This document shows, one piece after another, positions 63,200 through 64,000 of a stretch of DNA of 64,000 nt. The position numbers were made by a program, and so were the translations under genes. The first letter of the stretch is position 1; each line of letters begins with the position of its first letter. Below the pieces are notes generated by a model, which was not told where the DNA came from, ran no database searches, and saw only the letters and a list, made by a program, of their open reading frames with translations. Source of the DNA: a candidate division WOR-3 bacterium (lineage in GTDB: Bacteria; Hydrothermota; Tepidihabitantia; Tepidihabitantales; Tepidihabitantaceae); NCBI GenBank assembly GCA_965649225.1, contig CBFGJX010000008.1:1-64000 (forward strand). The letters run 5' to 3'.

Positions 63200-64000
63200 C
63201 TAGCGAAGTTCGAATTCCACCCTCCGGTTAAGCGCGTACTGCCGGGGGTCAAGAGTTACCGGTCGACTCTCACCTTCACTGGCAGCCTCGAGCCGGTCCG
63301 GATTGATCCCCTCGGCGATCAGCAGTGCGCGGACAGTCTCGGCGCGGCGCTGGCCGAGAGCCTGATTGTATGATTCGGAGCCCCGCGGGTCACAGTGGCC
63401 GACGAGTCTGATCCGGGCAGTGATGCTGTCCTGAATCAGCCGGGCGTTGCGGCGCAGTTTTTCCAGCTGGTCGGAACGGAGCGAGGCACTGTCGGTGTCG
63501 AAGTAGAGCGGCAGGAGCTGACTTGCAGTTGTCGGGGTTGTGTCGGAGGCTGGCAGCGGCCTGGCGGGTTCCGGCGCCGGGGTGGATTCGCCAGCCAGCT
63601 GTTGCAGTTGCTCCGGCTGCTCCGGTTTGGGTTCGGGTTGGTCCGGAAGCGGCGGCGTTGCCGGCTGAGAGCGGGCGGGCGGGGTCGAGTCGGCCTTTTC
63701 CGGCAGAGCAGTTGACGCAGTTCGACGCTGCGGTACCGGCAGCCCCAGCCAGCGCCGGGCTTCATCGGCGTGCTCGCTGTCCGGATATCGGGCAATCAAC
63801 CGGTGCAGCAGCGGTTCGGCGGCAGCGCTGTCGCGCAATGGCGTTCGGAGTATCCAGGCCTGTGCCAGCATCGCCTGGGGTGCGAAGGGACTGTCGGGGA
63901 AGGAATCGCTGACCTGACCGTACAGTTCGAGTGCCTGCTGGTATTCACCGAGTGCCGCATTGTAGGCTTCGGCGAGCAGAAACAGTGCTTCATCGGCCGG
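63200..64000 (-). CDS. TPR-repeat plus OmpA/Pal-like peptidoglycan-binding protein (5' end outside the window)
   Basis: Frame is open to the window edge: DEALFLLAEAY...FPDS, YPDSEHA TPR units, Pro-rich linker, YFDTDS, GHCDPRGSESYNQALGQRRA, NRRVEF. Confidence 0.88.
   Translation of the reverse strand, partial: PADEALFLLAEAYNAALGEYQQALELYGQVSDSFPDSPFAPQAMLAQAWILRTPLRDSAAAEPLLHRLIARYPDSEHADEARRWLGLPVPQRRTASTALPEKADSTPPARSQPATPPLPDQPEPKPEQPEQLQQLAGESTPAPEPARPLPASDTTPTTASQLLPLYFDTDSASLRSDQLEKLRRNARLIQDSITARIRLVGHCDPRGSESYNQALGQRRAETVRALLIAEGINPDRLEAASEGESRPVTLDPRQYALNRRVEFELR

Overview
GC-rich bacterial chromosomal segment with about 47 protein-coding genes and one tRNA-Thr(CGT). I found no mobile element, CRISPR array or rRNA. 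Housekeeping genes: secA, uvrC, rarA, mnmA, trmFO, rtcB, pepA, pyrK-pyrD-pyrF-pyrE, hutI, ftcD and a metal ABC pair. They are interleaved with eight signal-peptide proteins (C25, S8, M14, M28 and HExxH peptidases plus three beta-propeller-like proteins) that all end in a T9SS/FlgD-like C-terminal tail. This points to an FCB-associated diderm such as candidate division WOR-3 (inference only). Main observations: (1) the shared C-terminal sorting tail occurs in long and very short forms, usually behind a G/A-[VIL]-x-[ED] linker; (2) about 17 sigma70-like promoters share a 16-bp spacer, and four look leaderless; (3) a tightly packed redox/ECF-sigma gene run contains a sulfite-oxidase-family protein with Ser at the Mo-ligand Cys position; (4) an ornithine decarboxylase plus deoxyhypusine-synthase-like pair sits behind a 13-aa coupled uORF; (5) SecA has a four-Cys insertion; (6) one PAS-only protein and one degenerate ABC-F. 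All calls come from reading motifs by eye; no searches were run.
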